Part shown: positions 39,103 to 49,183 of the stretch, piece after piece
Numbering within the stretch: the first letter of the stretch is position 1
How the letters are laid out: the number at the start of each line of letters is the position of its first letter
NCBI GenBank assembly: GCA_965233585.1
Contig: CBDDTI010000747.1
Location: 1,009,513-1,073,512 of the forward strand
DNA from: a bacterium
GTDB taxonomy: Bacteria; SAR324; NAC60-12
Direction: 5' to 3'
DNA length: 64,000 nucleotides
Position numbers and translations under genes: made by a program
The notes under the pieces: generated by a model
Databases searched by the model: none
What the model was told of the DNA's origin: nothing
Seen by the model: the letters and a program-made list of their open reading frames with translations, nothing else

Positions 39103-39279
39103 ATGAAATTTTCGCCAAGTCACTGGGTTGGTAGTATTGGTCTGTTACTGATGCTCGTCATGTGTGGGTTCATGGCATACATGCTTTTGAATTATGATGA
39201 ACTCAGGCGGGAACAAGTCAACATTGTCCGCGATTATATGAACACTCGCTCTCACTCTCAAGCATCACCTCAACCATGA
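39103..39279 (+). CDS. Small single-TM hypothetical protein
   Basis: Hydrophobic helix; stop overlaps the ilvE start (ATGA). Confidence 0.5.
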   Translation: MKFSPSHWVGSIGLLLMLVMCGFMAYMLLNYDELRREQVNIVRDYMNTRSHSQASPQP

Positions 39280-40352
39280 ACATTACAGAACAACTTATTC
39301 CAGAAGCACAACGTAAAGCCCTCCCAAAGGATATTTCTCAAATTGACTTCGGCTCTCAAATGTCTAACCATATGTTTATGATGGATTGGGAAGAAGGTCA
39401 AGGCTGGCAGAATCATCGTGTTGTCCCTTATCAAGAGATTCCACTTTTTCCTGCGGCAAAAGTATTTCATTATGGTCAAGAAATTTTTGAAGGTTTAAAA
39501 GCCTACACCTTAGCTGATGGAACGCATGCGTTATTTAGACCACGTGAAAACTTTAGCAGAATGAATCGTTCTGCGGCACGACTTGCCATGCCCCAAATTC
39601 CAGAAGAAGAGGCACTTTTAGGCTTAAAAAGGCTGTTGCAAATTGAAAGAGATTGGATTCCCAAAGAACCTTACACCAGCCTTTACATCAGACCGACTTT
39701 GATTGGCACTGAACCCACATTGGGGTTGGCTGCATCTAAAAAGTTTTTGTTTTTTATCATTTTATCTCCTGTTGCTCCGTTTTATTCGTCAAATCTCAAA
39801 GCCGTTAAAATCTGGGTGACATCAGAGTATTCTCGTGCAGCGCCAAAGGGAACAGGTCAAGCCAAGTGCGGGGGAAATTATTCTGCAAGCCTCATTGCAG
39901 TCAAGCAAGCACGTGACAAAAATTATCAACAAGAATTATGGCTTGATGCGGCACAAGGCAAGTATGTTGAAGAGGTGGGGTCTATGAATCTTTTCTTTCG
40001 GATTGGTGATGAATTGGTCACACCAAGTTTGGAAACTGGAACGATTTTGTCTGGAATTACCAGAAAGTCTGTCATAGACATTTTTAGGCATTGGGGAATC
40101 CGTGTGGTAGAACGTATGATTGAGTTTGAGGAGGTTGTCAACCGTGCAAAAGATGGCACACTCACAGAAGTTTTTGGAGCAGGCACTGCGGTTGTCATTG
40201 CCCCAGTTGGTCAAATTGACAGCCAAGACCATCAATGCACCATTGCCGATGGACAAACTGGACAATGGACTCAACGCATCTATGACTACTTGACAGACCT
40301 CCAATATGGACGCGAACAAGACATCTTCCAGTGGATGGAGTCCATTGACTAA
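39276..40352 (+). CDS. ilvE: Branched-chain amino acid aminotransferase
   Basis: FHYGQEIFEGLKAY, LYIRP, AKCGGNY, EEVGSMN, ILSGITRKS, GAGTA. Confidence 0.97.
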   Translation: MNITEQLIPEAQRKALPKDISQIDFGSQMSNHMFMMDWEEGQGWQNHRVVPYQEIPLFPAAKVFHYGQEIFEGLKAYTLADGTHALFRPRENFSRMNRSAARLAMPQIPEEEALLGLKRLLQIERDWIPKEPYTSLYIRPTLIGTEPTLGLAASKKFLFFIILSPVAPFYSSNLKAVKIWVTSEYSRAAPKGTGQAKCGGNYSASLIAVKQARDKNYQQELWLDAAQGKYVEEVGSMNLFFRIGDELVTPSLETGTILSGITRKSVIDIFRHWGIRVVERMIEFEEVVNRAKDGTLTEVFGAGTAVVIAPVGQIDSQDHQCTIADGQTGQWTQRIYDYLTDLQYGREQDIFQWMESID

Positions 40353-40406
40353 AAAGTGCCAATGACTTGATTCAAGTCAATGATTTGAATGATTTGATTG
40401 AAACAA

Positions 40407-41132
40407 ATGATTTTGACCAACAAAAGTTTTTGGACTCATGCCATAGCCTCATCTGTCCTTGCATTTGGTGTTCTGCTTCCTGCAGACTTTGCACACCGTG
40501 CCATCTTCATTCAAGCCGCTTTGTTTGCCCTTTCTGGAGCAGTAACGAACTGGCTGGCTGTTTATATGCTGTTTGAAAAAATTCCTTTGGTCTATGGTTC
40601 AGGTGTCGTTCCTACTCATTTTGAGGAATTTAAGGCAGGCATTCACAAGATGGTGATTGAGAATTTTTTCACAGAAGAAAAGATTTCTAAAATCACACAA
40701 AATTTAAGTCAACAATTTTCCAAAGAGCAAATTGTTCAAAAAATCAATTTAGATGATTTGTTTGATGACTTTGTCAATGTCATCTGCGACTCTTCCTTTG
40801 GCTCATTTTTAAGCATGCTTGGGGGTAGAACAGCATTGGAAGTGCTTCGTGAACCATTCAAAAAAGAGATGAGCAGGCGAGTGGACACCATGATTGACAC
40901 CCTCCAAATAGAAGAAAAAATTGCACAAATGACAGACCCCCAAATGTTACTTGAAAAAATAGAATCATTGATTGACAACAGATTGAACGAACTCACTCCA
41001 GAAGGAGTCAAAAAACTGGTAGAAGACATGATTCGCAAACATCTTGGCTGGCTGGTCGTTTGGGGCGGTGTCTTTGGTGGATTGATTGGTGCTTTGTCTG
41101 CTTATCTGCAATCGGTGACGTCATTCTTTTAA
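40407..41132 (+). CDS. DUF445-family membrane protein
   Basis: ALSGAVTNWLAVYMLF ... HLGWLVVWGGVFGGLIG. Confidence 0.85.
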   Translation: MILTNKSFWTHAIASSVLAFGVLLPADFAHRAIFIQAALFALSGAVTNWLAVYMLFEKIPLVYGSGVVPTHFEEFKAGIHKMVIENFFTEEKISKITQNLSQQFSKEQIVQKINLDDLFDDFVNVICDSSFGSFLSMLGGRTALEVLREPFKKEMSRRVDTMIDTLQIEEKIAQMTDPQMLLEKIESLIDNRLNELTPEGVKKLVEDMIRKHLGWLVVWGGVFGGLIGALSAYLQSVTSFF

Positions 41133-41301
41133 ATTTCCTTGAAACAAAATCAGTCCAAAGAAGTTAAATATAAGATTTTTGGGGATTCACAAGTCAATTT
41201 TTGTGTCAAAACATTCTTTTAAATTTCCTTGAAACAAAATCAATCTACAGGAGTTAAATATAAGATTTTTGGGGATTCACAAGTCAACTTTCATATCAAA
41301 A
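41122..41301. repeat. Two tandem 90-bp imperfect repeats
   Basis: cattcttttaaatttccttgaaacaaaatca...taagatttttggggattcacaagtcaa at 41122 and 41212. Confidence 0.9.
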
Positions 41302-41352
41302 ATTTGACTTAATTAGGTGGTGATTGTTTGTGTCTATTTTTAAAATTTGATT

Positions 41353-42180
41353 ATGGAAGGGCAACAACTGAAGGACATTGTCAAAGATTTCTGGAATGAG
41401 CAGTCTTGCGGAGAAGTGTATGCAACAGGAGAATCTGAACAAGACTATTATGAATCTCATGCAAAGAAACGTTATGAACTAGAACCTTATATTTACGATT
41501 TTGCAAAGTTTTCTGAAGGAGCAGGTCAAGATATTCTTGAGATTGGTGTCGGAATGGGTGCAGACCACATAGAATGGGCAAAGTCTCAACCTCGTTCACT
41601 CACGGGAATAGACCTCACTCCAAGAGCTGTTGAACACACCAAAAAAAGACTTCAGTTCTATTTTCCCAAAGACTCGTTCAAGTCCAAAGTTGAGACCGCT
41701 GATGCTGAAATCCTACCTTTTAACAATGACTCGTTTGACATCATTTATTCATGGGGGGTGCTTCATCACTCACCAAACACGCCTCAAGCATTTCAGGAAG
41801 TCTTTCGCGTGCTTCGGGAAGGAGGGACAGCAAAAATTATGATTTACCATAAATATTCTTTGACAGGCTACATGCTTTGGATCAAATATGGGTTACTAAA
41901 AGGTCAAATTTTTCGTACGTTAGATGACATTTATTATCACCATTTGGAAAGTCTTGGCACTAAGGCTTACTCTGTGGAAGAGGCAAGGCAAATGTGTTCT
42001 GCTTTTTCAGAAGTTAAAATCAAAACGCAGCTGAGCTTTGGCGATTTGTTAGAGGGTCAAGTTGGACAGAGGCATCAAGGGCTTTTACTCACCATTGCCA
42101 AAAAAATTTATCCCCGAACACTTTTTAAATCTCTTTTTAGAAAACATGGAATTATGATGATGATTGAGCTAAAAAAATGA
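41353..42180 (+). CDS. Class I SAM-dependent methyltransferase
   Basis: ILEIGVGMG, GIDLT, ADAEILPF, FDIIYSWGVLHH. Confidence 0.9.
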   Translation: MEGQQLKDIVKDFWNEQSCGEVYATGESEQDYYESHAKKRYELEPYIYDFAKFSEGAGQDILEIGVGMGADHIEWAKSQPRSLTGIDLTPRAVEHTKKRLQFYFPKDSFKSKVETADAEILPFNNDSFDIIYSWGVLHHSPNTPQAFQEVFRVLREGGTAKIMIYHKYSLTGYMLWIKYGLLKGQIFRTLDDIYYHHLESLGTKAYSVEEARQMCSAFSEVKIKTQLSFGDLLEGQVGQRHQGLLLTIAKKIYPRTLFKSLFRKHGIMMMIELKK

Positions 42181-42267
42181 GATTTAAAAAGAAAAATGAA
42201 GTAAGAGGTCAAGCAACAAACGATCGCTCCCTCAATCCAATCATATTTCAAACTTTGACATTTTAAA

Positions 42268-43905
42268 ATGACAGCATTAGACGACATTAGACAACATTTC
42301 ACAGGACGTTCCCTCACATACATTGTGCTTGATGGCTGGGGAATTGGGGAAACTGCCAAGTACGATGCAATCCATCTGGCAAAAACTCCAACCATTGACA
42401 GACTTTTCAAGGACTATCCGAACACAAGACTTTGGACTCATGGCACTCATGTTGGTTTGCCAAGCGACAATGATCTTGGGGGGTCAGAGGTAGGACACAT
42501 GACGATGGGTGCAGGTCAAGTTTTGGAGCAAGGACCAACCTACATCAATCGGCTGATTAATGACGGCTCTCTTTTTAAAAGTCCTGCATTGGAAAAATTG
42601 ATCAAAAACTGTCTTGACAAACAAACGCCATTTCATTTGATTGGTCTGCTTTCTGATGGCAACATTCACAGCAACATTGCTCATGCAGTGGCTTTGATAG
42701 AACATGCTTTTCAGGTTGGAATCAAACAGGTCTATCTTCATGCGTTGTTAGATGGTCGTGACGTTGGAATCCAGTCTGCTCTTGATTACATTGAGCCGAT
42801 AGAAAGTTTATTCCAAAAGCTCAAATCCCAACGACCAGACATTGATTATGCTTTTGCAAGTGGAGGAGGGCGTGAGCAAATCACGATGGACCGAGACCAA
42901 AATTGGCAGGTCATGCAAGAAAGTTGGGACGTTCATGTCTTGGGCAAATGCGAACGCAAGTTTCCTTCTATGACTGACGCTGTGTTGCACTATCGCCACA
43001 TGCACAAAGGTATCATTGATCAAGCCATACCAAGTTTTGTCATTGAACGAGACGGCAAGCCTGTTGCCACCATGCAAGATGGACATTCTTTGGTCTTTTT
43101 CAACTTCCGTGCAGACAGGGCTTTGCAGTTTAGTCAGATGATTGAAGATGACGACTTCCCACATTTTGACCGCACTCCACGACCTGATTTGATGTTTGCA
43201 AGCATGATGGTCTATGACCAAGACAACCAACGTCCTGTTCTCCATCTTGTCAAACCTCCAACTGTTGAAAATCCTCTTGGCAAGCGAGTTTTAGAGCTTG
43301 GCATGAAGCAATTTAGGTTGGCTGAAACCCAAAAATATCCACATGTTACTTTCTTTTTCAATGGAGGATACCGCGAACCGCTTGACCCCAAACGAGAGCT
43401 TTATCATCTAATTGATTCTGACAAACTGGAGTCTTTTGACCTGAAGCCTGAAATGAAAGCCTATGAAATTGCAGACCAAGCTGTGCAATTCATTGCCTCT
43501 CAAGACTATCAGTTTGGTGTCATCAATTTTGCAAATGCTGACATGGTTGGGCATTCAGGAAACTTACAAGCGGCTATCCAAAGTGCTGAAGCCGTTGACC
43601 AAGCACTTGCCAAAATTGTTGCTGAAACAGAAAAACAAAAAGGCATGGTTGTCATCACTGCAGACCACGGAAACGCAGATGAAATGAGTGTCTGGAACAA
43701 ATCCCGTGAAATCTGGGAGCCAAGTGCTAAACATTCATTGAATCCTGTCCCTTTCCTCTTGTTTGACCCACTTTACCAAGACAACTATCAACTGAAACAA
43801 GCCAGTCAACACTCATTGAATTTAAGTCACATTGCCTCAACTAACATGATTTTATTAGGGCAATCTGCTCCCTCAGATATGAACGACCCACTTTTTGAAG
43901 TGTAA
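42268..43905 (+). CDS. gpmI: 2,3-bisphosphoglycerate-independent phosphoglycerate mutase
   Basis: VLDGWG, GGSEVGH, NFRADR, NADMVGH, TADHGNA. Confidence 0.96.
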   Translation: MTALDDIRQHFTGRSLTYIVLDGWGIGETAKYDAIHLAKTPTIDRLFKDYPNTRLWTHGTHVGLPSDNDLGGSEVGHMTMGAGQVLEQGPTYINRLINDGSLFKSPALEKLIKNCLDKQTPFHLIGLLSDGNIHSNIAHAVALIEHAFQVGIKQVYLHALLDGRDVGIQSALDYIEPIESLFQKLKSQRPDIDYAFASGGGREQITMDRDQNWQVMQESWDVHVLGKCERKFPSMTDAVLHYRHMHKGIIDQAIPSFVIERDGKPVATMQDGHSLVFFNFRADRALQFSQMIEDDDFPHFDRTPRPDLMFASMMVYDQDNQRPVLHLVKPPTVENPLGKRVLELGMKQFRLAETQKYPHVTFFFNGGYREPLDPKRELYHLIDSDKLESFDLKPEMKAYEIADQAVQFIASQDYQFGVINFANADMVGHSGNLQAAIQSAEAVDQALAKIVAETEKQKGMVVITADHGNADEMSVWNKSREIWEPSAKHSLNPVPFLLFDPLYQDNYQLKQASQHSLNLSHIASTNMILLGQSAPSDMNDPLFEV

Positions 43906-43929
43906 AAACAAGGTATTTGTAAAATCAAA

Positions 43930-45912
43930 ATGTATCAAAACGAAAATGAGGGTGAACATGACTATTTATCTTTGTTTGGAAACATTGATATTGAGGAAGT
44001 AGTCAATCAAATTTCTAAATCTTCAAATCAAATCAATCAAATTTTAAGGAGCATGGATAGTCAGAAAAGACCAATTATTTTGAGTTCTCTAATGATTTGT
44101 CTTTTTGAAAAAGAAAATTTACAAAATGATTTTAAAAATCATTTTATGACATTTGCACCAGAGACTATTATCACAAATGTTCCTTTAACACTTGAAAAAG
44201 TTTTAAAGAAAGAGCAAATCCCCCAAGACAAAATTGACATACTCAAAAACCAATTTGATTATGCAATCAAAGATGATATAGATGTTCAGAAAAGTGATCT
44301 TTTAAAAGAAATTTTAAGAGAGCTAGAAGATCATGTCATTCCTCTATTTCAAACAAAGACAAATTATGACATTATTGGAAAGTTTTACGAAGAATTTTTA
44401 AAATATGCTGGTGTGACAAATGTTAAAAATGGCATTGTTTTAACTCCAAGACATATCACAGAATTTTTTACTGATTTAATTGAGATGAAATATAATGATG
44501 TCATTTTTGATCCTTGTTGTGGAACAGGTGCTTTTTTAGTTTCTGGAATGAATAGAATTTTAAACATCATTGAAAACTCTCATTTAACAAACAAACAAAA
44601 CCTTAAAAATCAAGTCAAGGAAAAGCAATTAATAGGTTTTGAAAAAAATCCTACTATGTTTGCCTTATCTATTTCTAATATGCTTTTTAGAGGTGATGGA
44701 AAGGCTCAAATTCACCATATAGATTTTTTTGATGAACAAACAAAAGCTGTTTTAGAAAATAAGAATCCTACAATCGGCTTCATCAACCCACCTTATGGGG
44801 GTCAAGACAATAAGAAAAACCCTACCAAGAAAGAGATTCAATTTTTAGCTAAACTTTTAGATCAATGTAGTCGCTATGTCATCATCATTGCACCACTTTC
44901 TACTTACTTCAAAGAAGACCATTTGAGAAACTCCATTTTAGCAAGACATACACTAAAAGCTGTGATAAATATGCCAAATGAATTATTTCAACCTAATGCT
45001 TCAACTCACACTGCCATTGCTGTTTTTGAAACTCATACTCCTCATTGTCAAAAAGAAGTTTTGTTTTATGACTTAAAAGATAATAGTTTTGTCCTATCCA
45101 AACAGAAAGGAAGAACTGATGTTCTAAACAAATGGAATACTCTCAAAAAATCTTTATTAAGAGAGATTAAAAACCCCAATCAGTACGTAGATGCTACCAG
45201 TTTTTTAAAAACTTCTATACAAGAAAATGATGAATGGATTATTCAATCACATTCAAAAACAGATTACTCACAGCTTAGTGAAAAGCATTTTTTAAACTCA
45301 ATAAGAGAATATGTTATTTTTAAAACTAAAAAGAATTTAAATTTATTAGACAAAGATTTGAATGAATTAGAATTTTTAGAAATTTTACAAAAAAATCATA
45401 TTGACAATCAATCTAAGTTAAAAAGAGAATTACCCAAAGAATTGAAATGTAAAGAATTTGATATTCAAGATGTATTCATTGTTAGAGGTTCAAAAAAAAG
45501 TTTTACACAACATCAAATCGTGACAGGAGAATACGCATATATCACAACCTCTAACAAAAACAATGGATTTTTTGGAACTTCTGATGTCTATACCGAAGAA
45601 GGAAATGTGATTACTTTTGACAGCGCAACTGATGGGAAGTGTTTCTATCAAGAACATGCTTTTGTCGGGTCTGACCATGTAGAAATTTTAGAACCTAAAA
45701 ACTTTGAATTAAATCAATATCTTGGTCTGTATTTCATTACCATACTAAACATGGAATTATTTAGATATTCTTTTGGCAGAAAAAGATCACAAAAAAGAAT
45801 GAAAAAAGATAAAATTTACTTGCCATACATCAAAGAAGGAAATGAAGACGTTCCAGACTTTTGTCGTATGGAAGAATACATCAAATGTTTGCCATACTCA
45901 CAACATCTTTAA
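43930..45912 (+). CDS. N6-adenine DNA methyltransferase fused to an HsdS-like target recognition domain
   Basis: GIVLTPRHI, DPCCGTGAFL motif I, INPPY motif IV; C-terminal YITTSNKNNG...FRYSFGRK TRD-like region. Confidence 0.85.
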   Translation: MYQNENEGEHDYLSLFGNIDIEEVVNQISKSSNQINQILRSMDSQKRPIILSSLMICLFEKENLQNDFKNHFMTFAPETIITNVPLTLEKVLKKEQIPQDKIDILKNQFDYAIKDDIDVQKSDLLKEILRELEDHVIPLFQTKTNYDIIGKFYEEFLKYAGVTNVKNGIVLTPRHITEFFTDLIEMKYNDVIFDPCCGTGAFLVSGMNRILNIIENSHLTNKQNLKNQVKEKQLIGFEKNPTMFALSISNMLFRGDGKAQIHHIDFFDEQTKAVLENKNPTIGFINPPYGGQDNKKNPTKKEIQFLAKLLDQCSRYVIIIAPLSTYFKEDHLRNSILARHTLKAVINMPNELFQPNASTHTAIAVFETHTPHCQKEVLFYDLKDNSFVLSKQKGRTDVLNKWNTLKKSLLREIKNPNQYVDATSFLKTSIQENDEWIIQSHSKTDYSQLSEKHFLNSIREYVIFKTKKNLNLLDKDLNELEFLEILQKNHIDNQSKLKRELPKELKCKEFDIQDVFIVRGSKKSFTQHQIVTGEYAYITTSNKNNGFFGTSDVYTEEGNVITFDSATDGKCFYQEHAFVGSDHVEILEPKNFELNQYLGLYFITILNMELFRYSFGRKRSQKRMKKDKIYLPYIKEGNEDVPDFCRMEEYIKCLPYSQHL

Positions 45913-45918
45913 AATCAG

Positions 45919-46185
45919 ATGGCATCTCTCAAAAAAGTTTTCTCTTTTCTGCATCGTTTGACTGGTTGGTTAGTCATTTTTCTAATCCAATGTTACCAAA
46001 TTTGTCTGTCACCTTATTTGCCTAAAAGTTGCAGGTTCACACCTTCTTGTTCTCAATATGCGGTGGAAGCCTTCAAAACTTTTCAATTTTGGTATGCCTC
46101 TTACTTGACTATCAGACGCATCTTGCGTTGCAATCCTTTTGGTAGCTGTGGCGATGACCCTCTGCCCAAACCCAAGCATGTTTGA
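45919..46185 (+). CDS. yidD: Membrane protein insertion efficiency factor
   Basis: CRFTPSCSQYAVEA...RILRCNPFG..GDDP. Confidence 0.95.
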   Translation: MASLKKVFSFLHRLTGWLVIFLIQCYQICLSPYLPKSCRFTPSCSQYAVEAFKTFQFWYASYLTIRRILRCNPFGSCGDDPLPKPKHV

Positions 46186-47782
46186 CCAAAAACAACTGCA
46201 CCAGCTTTGCACAGCACAAGACATGCAAAAGCTAGACAGCCACACCATTCATCAGTTAGGCATGCCTAGTTTGTTGTTGATGGAAAATGCAGGGCGTGCC
46301 GTAGCAGATTGGGTTGATGCTCATCACCTTCAACAAAACCCTGATGACCTTGTTGTTGTGTGTTGTGGCAATGGGAATAATGGCGGAGATGGCTATGTGA
46401 TTGCTAGATTGCTTAAAAATCGTGGTTACTCTGTCAAAGTGGTCTGCCTCCAATTTCCTAAGTCTGATGATGCACAAGCCAATGCAAAACTTTGGCAAAT
46501 CTTTGGAGGAGAGACTCTTGAACTACTTGAGAAAAACATCAACTCGCCAGCAACACGTGCTTTATCAGAAGCAAAAGTGATTGTTGATGCCATCTTTGGA
46601 GTGTCGTTTCGTGGTGAATTGCAAGGGGCATTTTATGAATGGATTCAACAAATCAATCACAATCAACATGCGTTGAAAATTGCAGTGGACTTGCCAAGTG
46701 GAATCAATCCAAATTCCGGTGACGTGCAAAAGACTGCTGTCCAATGCCACGCGACGATTGCATTACAAAAAATCAAACAAGGTTGTTTGCAATTTCCTGC
46801 AAGACGTTTTGTTGGCAGTCTTCATTGTATGGATATTTGTGTTGCAGAACATTTGTCAGTTGACAACAACACTTTTTTAATGACACCAGAATTTGCAAAA
46901 TCACTTCTGCCTGTGCGTCCAATAGATGGTCATAAAGGAACGTTTGGGCATCTCTTTTTGGCATGTGGTTCTGCTGGAATGTCTGGCGCAGCATCATTGG
47001 CAAGTCAAGGTGGATTAAGGTCTGGTGCAGGTTTGGTCACAGCATTTGTTCCACGTCAAATGGAGTCTCTTCAATGCTTGGAAGCCATGACAACTTGTTC
47101 TTCAGTAGGTGCTGATTCTTATTTCTCAAAAGAACAAATCCCTTATGCCAAATCTCTTCTGCCGAAATATCAAGCTCTTGTGATCGGTTGCGGGGTTGGC
47201 AAACAGCCTGAAACTGCTGAGTTTGTCAATGAGCTTGTCAAAGTCGCAACACAGCCTACAGTCATTGATGCTGACGGCTTAAATCTGTTAAACACTTCGT
47301 TTCTTGAAGGCGAACATCAGCCTCTGGTTCTCACGCCTCACCCCAAAGAATTGTCCCGCTTATGTGGGGAATCTGTTGAGACGATTAGCAAAGACCGCCT
47401 TGCAATCACACGGCATTATGCTCAAAAATGGAAGGCTTGCCTCATTCTCAAAGGGGCATATCCAGTTGTTGGAATGCCCGATGGAAGTCTTTTGATTGTG
47501 CCAGTTGCCAATGATGCTTTGGCAACAGCAGGTTCAGGAGATGTGCTAGCAGGCATCATTGGGGGATATTTAGCCCAAAGGCTGACGACACAAGACGCCG
47601 CATCTTTGGGGTGTTTCATTCACGGATTGACAGGGGAACTCATTTCAAAACAACTAGCCAGTTCATTTGTCAATGCCTCTGATTTAGTGAAAGGATTGAA
47701 CCTTGCTTTAAAATTTTTGCAAGATTTGACGCCAAGACGTTCAAATCAAATGCAATCTGATGTGACAAAACTAATTTTTTAA
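46178..47782 (+). CDS. nnr: Bifunctional NAD(P)HX epimerase/dehydratase
   Basis: LMENAG, GNNGGDG, AVDLPSG, HKGTFG, VIDADGL, LTPHPKE, ATAGSGDVLAG. Confidence 0.95.
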   Translation: MFDQKQLHQLCTAQDMQKLDSHTIHQLGMPSLLLMENAGRAVADWVDAHHLQQNPDDLVVVCCGNGNNGGDGYVIARLLKNRGYSVKVVCLQFPKSDDAQANAKLWQIFGGETLELLEKNINSPATRALSEAKVIVDAIFGVSFRGELQGAFYEWIQQINHNQHALKIAVDLPSGINPNSGDVQKTAVQCHATIALQKIKQGCLQFPARRFVGSLHCMDICVAEHLSVDNNTFLMTPEFAKSLLPVRPIDGHKGTFGHLFLACGSAGMSGAASLASQGGLRSGAGLVTAFVPRQMESLQCLEAMTTCSSVGADSYFSKEQIPYAKSLLPKYQALVIGCGVGKQPETAEFVNELVKVATQPTVIDADGLNLLNTSFLEGEHQPLVLTPHPKELSRLCGESVETISKDRLAITRHYAQKWKACLILKGAYPVVGMPDGSLLIVPVANDALATAGSGDVLAGIIGGYLAQRLTTQDAASLGCFIHGLTGELISKQLASSFVNASDLVKGLNLALKFLQDLTPRRSNQMQSDVTKLIF

Positions 47783-47792
47783 GGAGTAACAA

Positions 47793-48053
47793 ATGGGTTT
47801 TCAAATGGCAGTATGGTTTCTTTTGGCATGTGGATTGGGAACAGTCATTGTGCTATGGAATCGTAAAAAATCGGAACTCTCAGACCAAACCAGCTCGCAA
47901 AAAGTCTCTTCCAACATGGTTGTCTATTTTGACCCCATCAAAGGGGAGGGACATTTGTTTGTTGGCGGGATTGTTGTCATTATTTTTGTTTCATTCTTCT
48001 TCTACGAATTTGCACAAATTATGCGTTCTATCTTTTTTGGCTCATTCTCTTAA
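47793..48053 (+). CDS. Small two-TM hypothetical protein
   Basis: AAGGAG RBS, two hydrophobic segments. Confidence 0.6.
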   Translation: MGFQMAVWFLLACGLGTVIVLWNRKKSELSDQTSSQKVSSNMVVYFDPIKGEGHLFVGGIVVIIFVSFFFYEFAQIMRSIFFGSFS

Positions 48054-48065
48054 ATCTTCTTCAAC

Positions 48066-48587
48066 TCAGCAGTGTTTGCTGAGTTCCTGTTGAATCAAAG
48101 CGTGCATGCTGTCATCAAGGGAGGGCATGATGGTGGCAAGATTGTCAAGATGCCATGAAAGCAGTTGGTGCATGTTATCATGTCCAATATCTTCAGGGCG
48201 GATGATGCCATTGACAAGGCTCACCGTCGCATGCAAGTCTTGCCCAACATAGAGTTTTCCTGATGAATGCACCAGTTTAAGTGAGTATCGTTCTAAAGTT
48301 AACTCTCCTCGTATTTGAGTCCCCGGTTTGATAGGGTTTTTAAATTGTGCTTGTTTCACTTTGAGCAACAAAGGGATCACACAAAATTGATGTTCTTTGA
48401 GAGTTTTGAAAAACACCAACTGTCCTGTCAAATTAGCAACCATTTCAATTTGCAAGACGCCCGGCACAATAGGATTGCCGGGAAAATGGTCTTGAGTCCA
48501 TTCTTCATTAGGGTCAAAAGTTTTTGTTCCTTTTAAAAACGTTTCATAATCAGTCTCCGTGATAAGATCAAGGAATTTCCAGCGCAT
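48066..48587 (-). CDS. FabA/FabZ-like hotdog dehydratase
   Basis: DHFPGNPIVPGVLQIE motif. Confidence 0.85.
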   Translation of the reverse strand: MRWKFLDLITETDYETFLKGTKTFDPNEEWTQDHFPGNPIVPGVLQIEMVANLTGQLVFFKTLKEHQFCVIPLLLKVKQAQFKNPIKPGTQIRGELTLERYSLKLVHSSGKLYVGQDLHATVSLVNGIIRPEDIGHDNMHQLLSWHLDNLATIMPSLDDSMHALIQQELSKHC

Positions 48588-48621
48588 GAGTTTGTTGTAT
48601 CTTTAGAAAAGGTGAGTTGAA

Positions 48622-49161
48622 TCAGGCATTGAAATCTTGGTCTATGTAAGACACATCAGGGTCAATACCAAGTGACTGCATCAATCGCAACCACCGTTGT
48701 TGATGTTGAATTTCAAATGCAATATTGTAATCAATATCAGTCAGCCACCATGCTCCTTGCTTGATTTCATCATCAAGTTGGTTTTCTCCCCAACCTGCAT
48801 AACCACACCCAAAATGATACTCTTTGGGTCCTTGATTTTTTAAAATGGCATCTACTACCACTTGCAAGGGGCTTAACGAAAGTTTAGGCGTGATTAAAGC
48901 TGTATTTTCATCGCAAAAATCGTTGGAGTGAAGCGACCAAAAAAAATCAGACTGCACAGGACCGCCAAGCAAGAGTGGAGACTCAATTTTGCAATCAATG
49001 TCTGATTTCAACACGTCTTTAATCAAAAAAGGAGTAGGAATGTTGATGACAAACCCAGATGCTGATTTTTGTGTATAATCACACAGCAAGATAATAGAAT
49101 GCTTAAAATAGCCATCTAAACCGGGCATTGCCACTAATAATGAAGGATTGAATTGTCTCAT
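48622..49161 (-). CDS. YqgE/AlgH-family protein
   Basis: LLVAMP, GGPV, GYAGWGENQLDDEI..GAW. Confidence 0.92.
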   Translation of the reverse strand: MRQFNPSLLVAMPGLDGYFKHSIILLCDYTQKSASGFVINIPTPFLIKDVLKSDIDCKIESPLLLGGPVQSDFFWSLHSNDFCDENTALITPKLSLSPLQVVVDAILKNQGPKEYHFGCGYAGWGENQLDDEIKQGAWWLTDIDYNIAFEIQHQQRWLRLMQSLGIDPDVSYIDQDFNA

Positions 49162-49183
49162 AACTCTTTTGTTTAATCAAACC

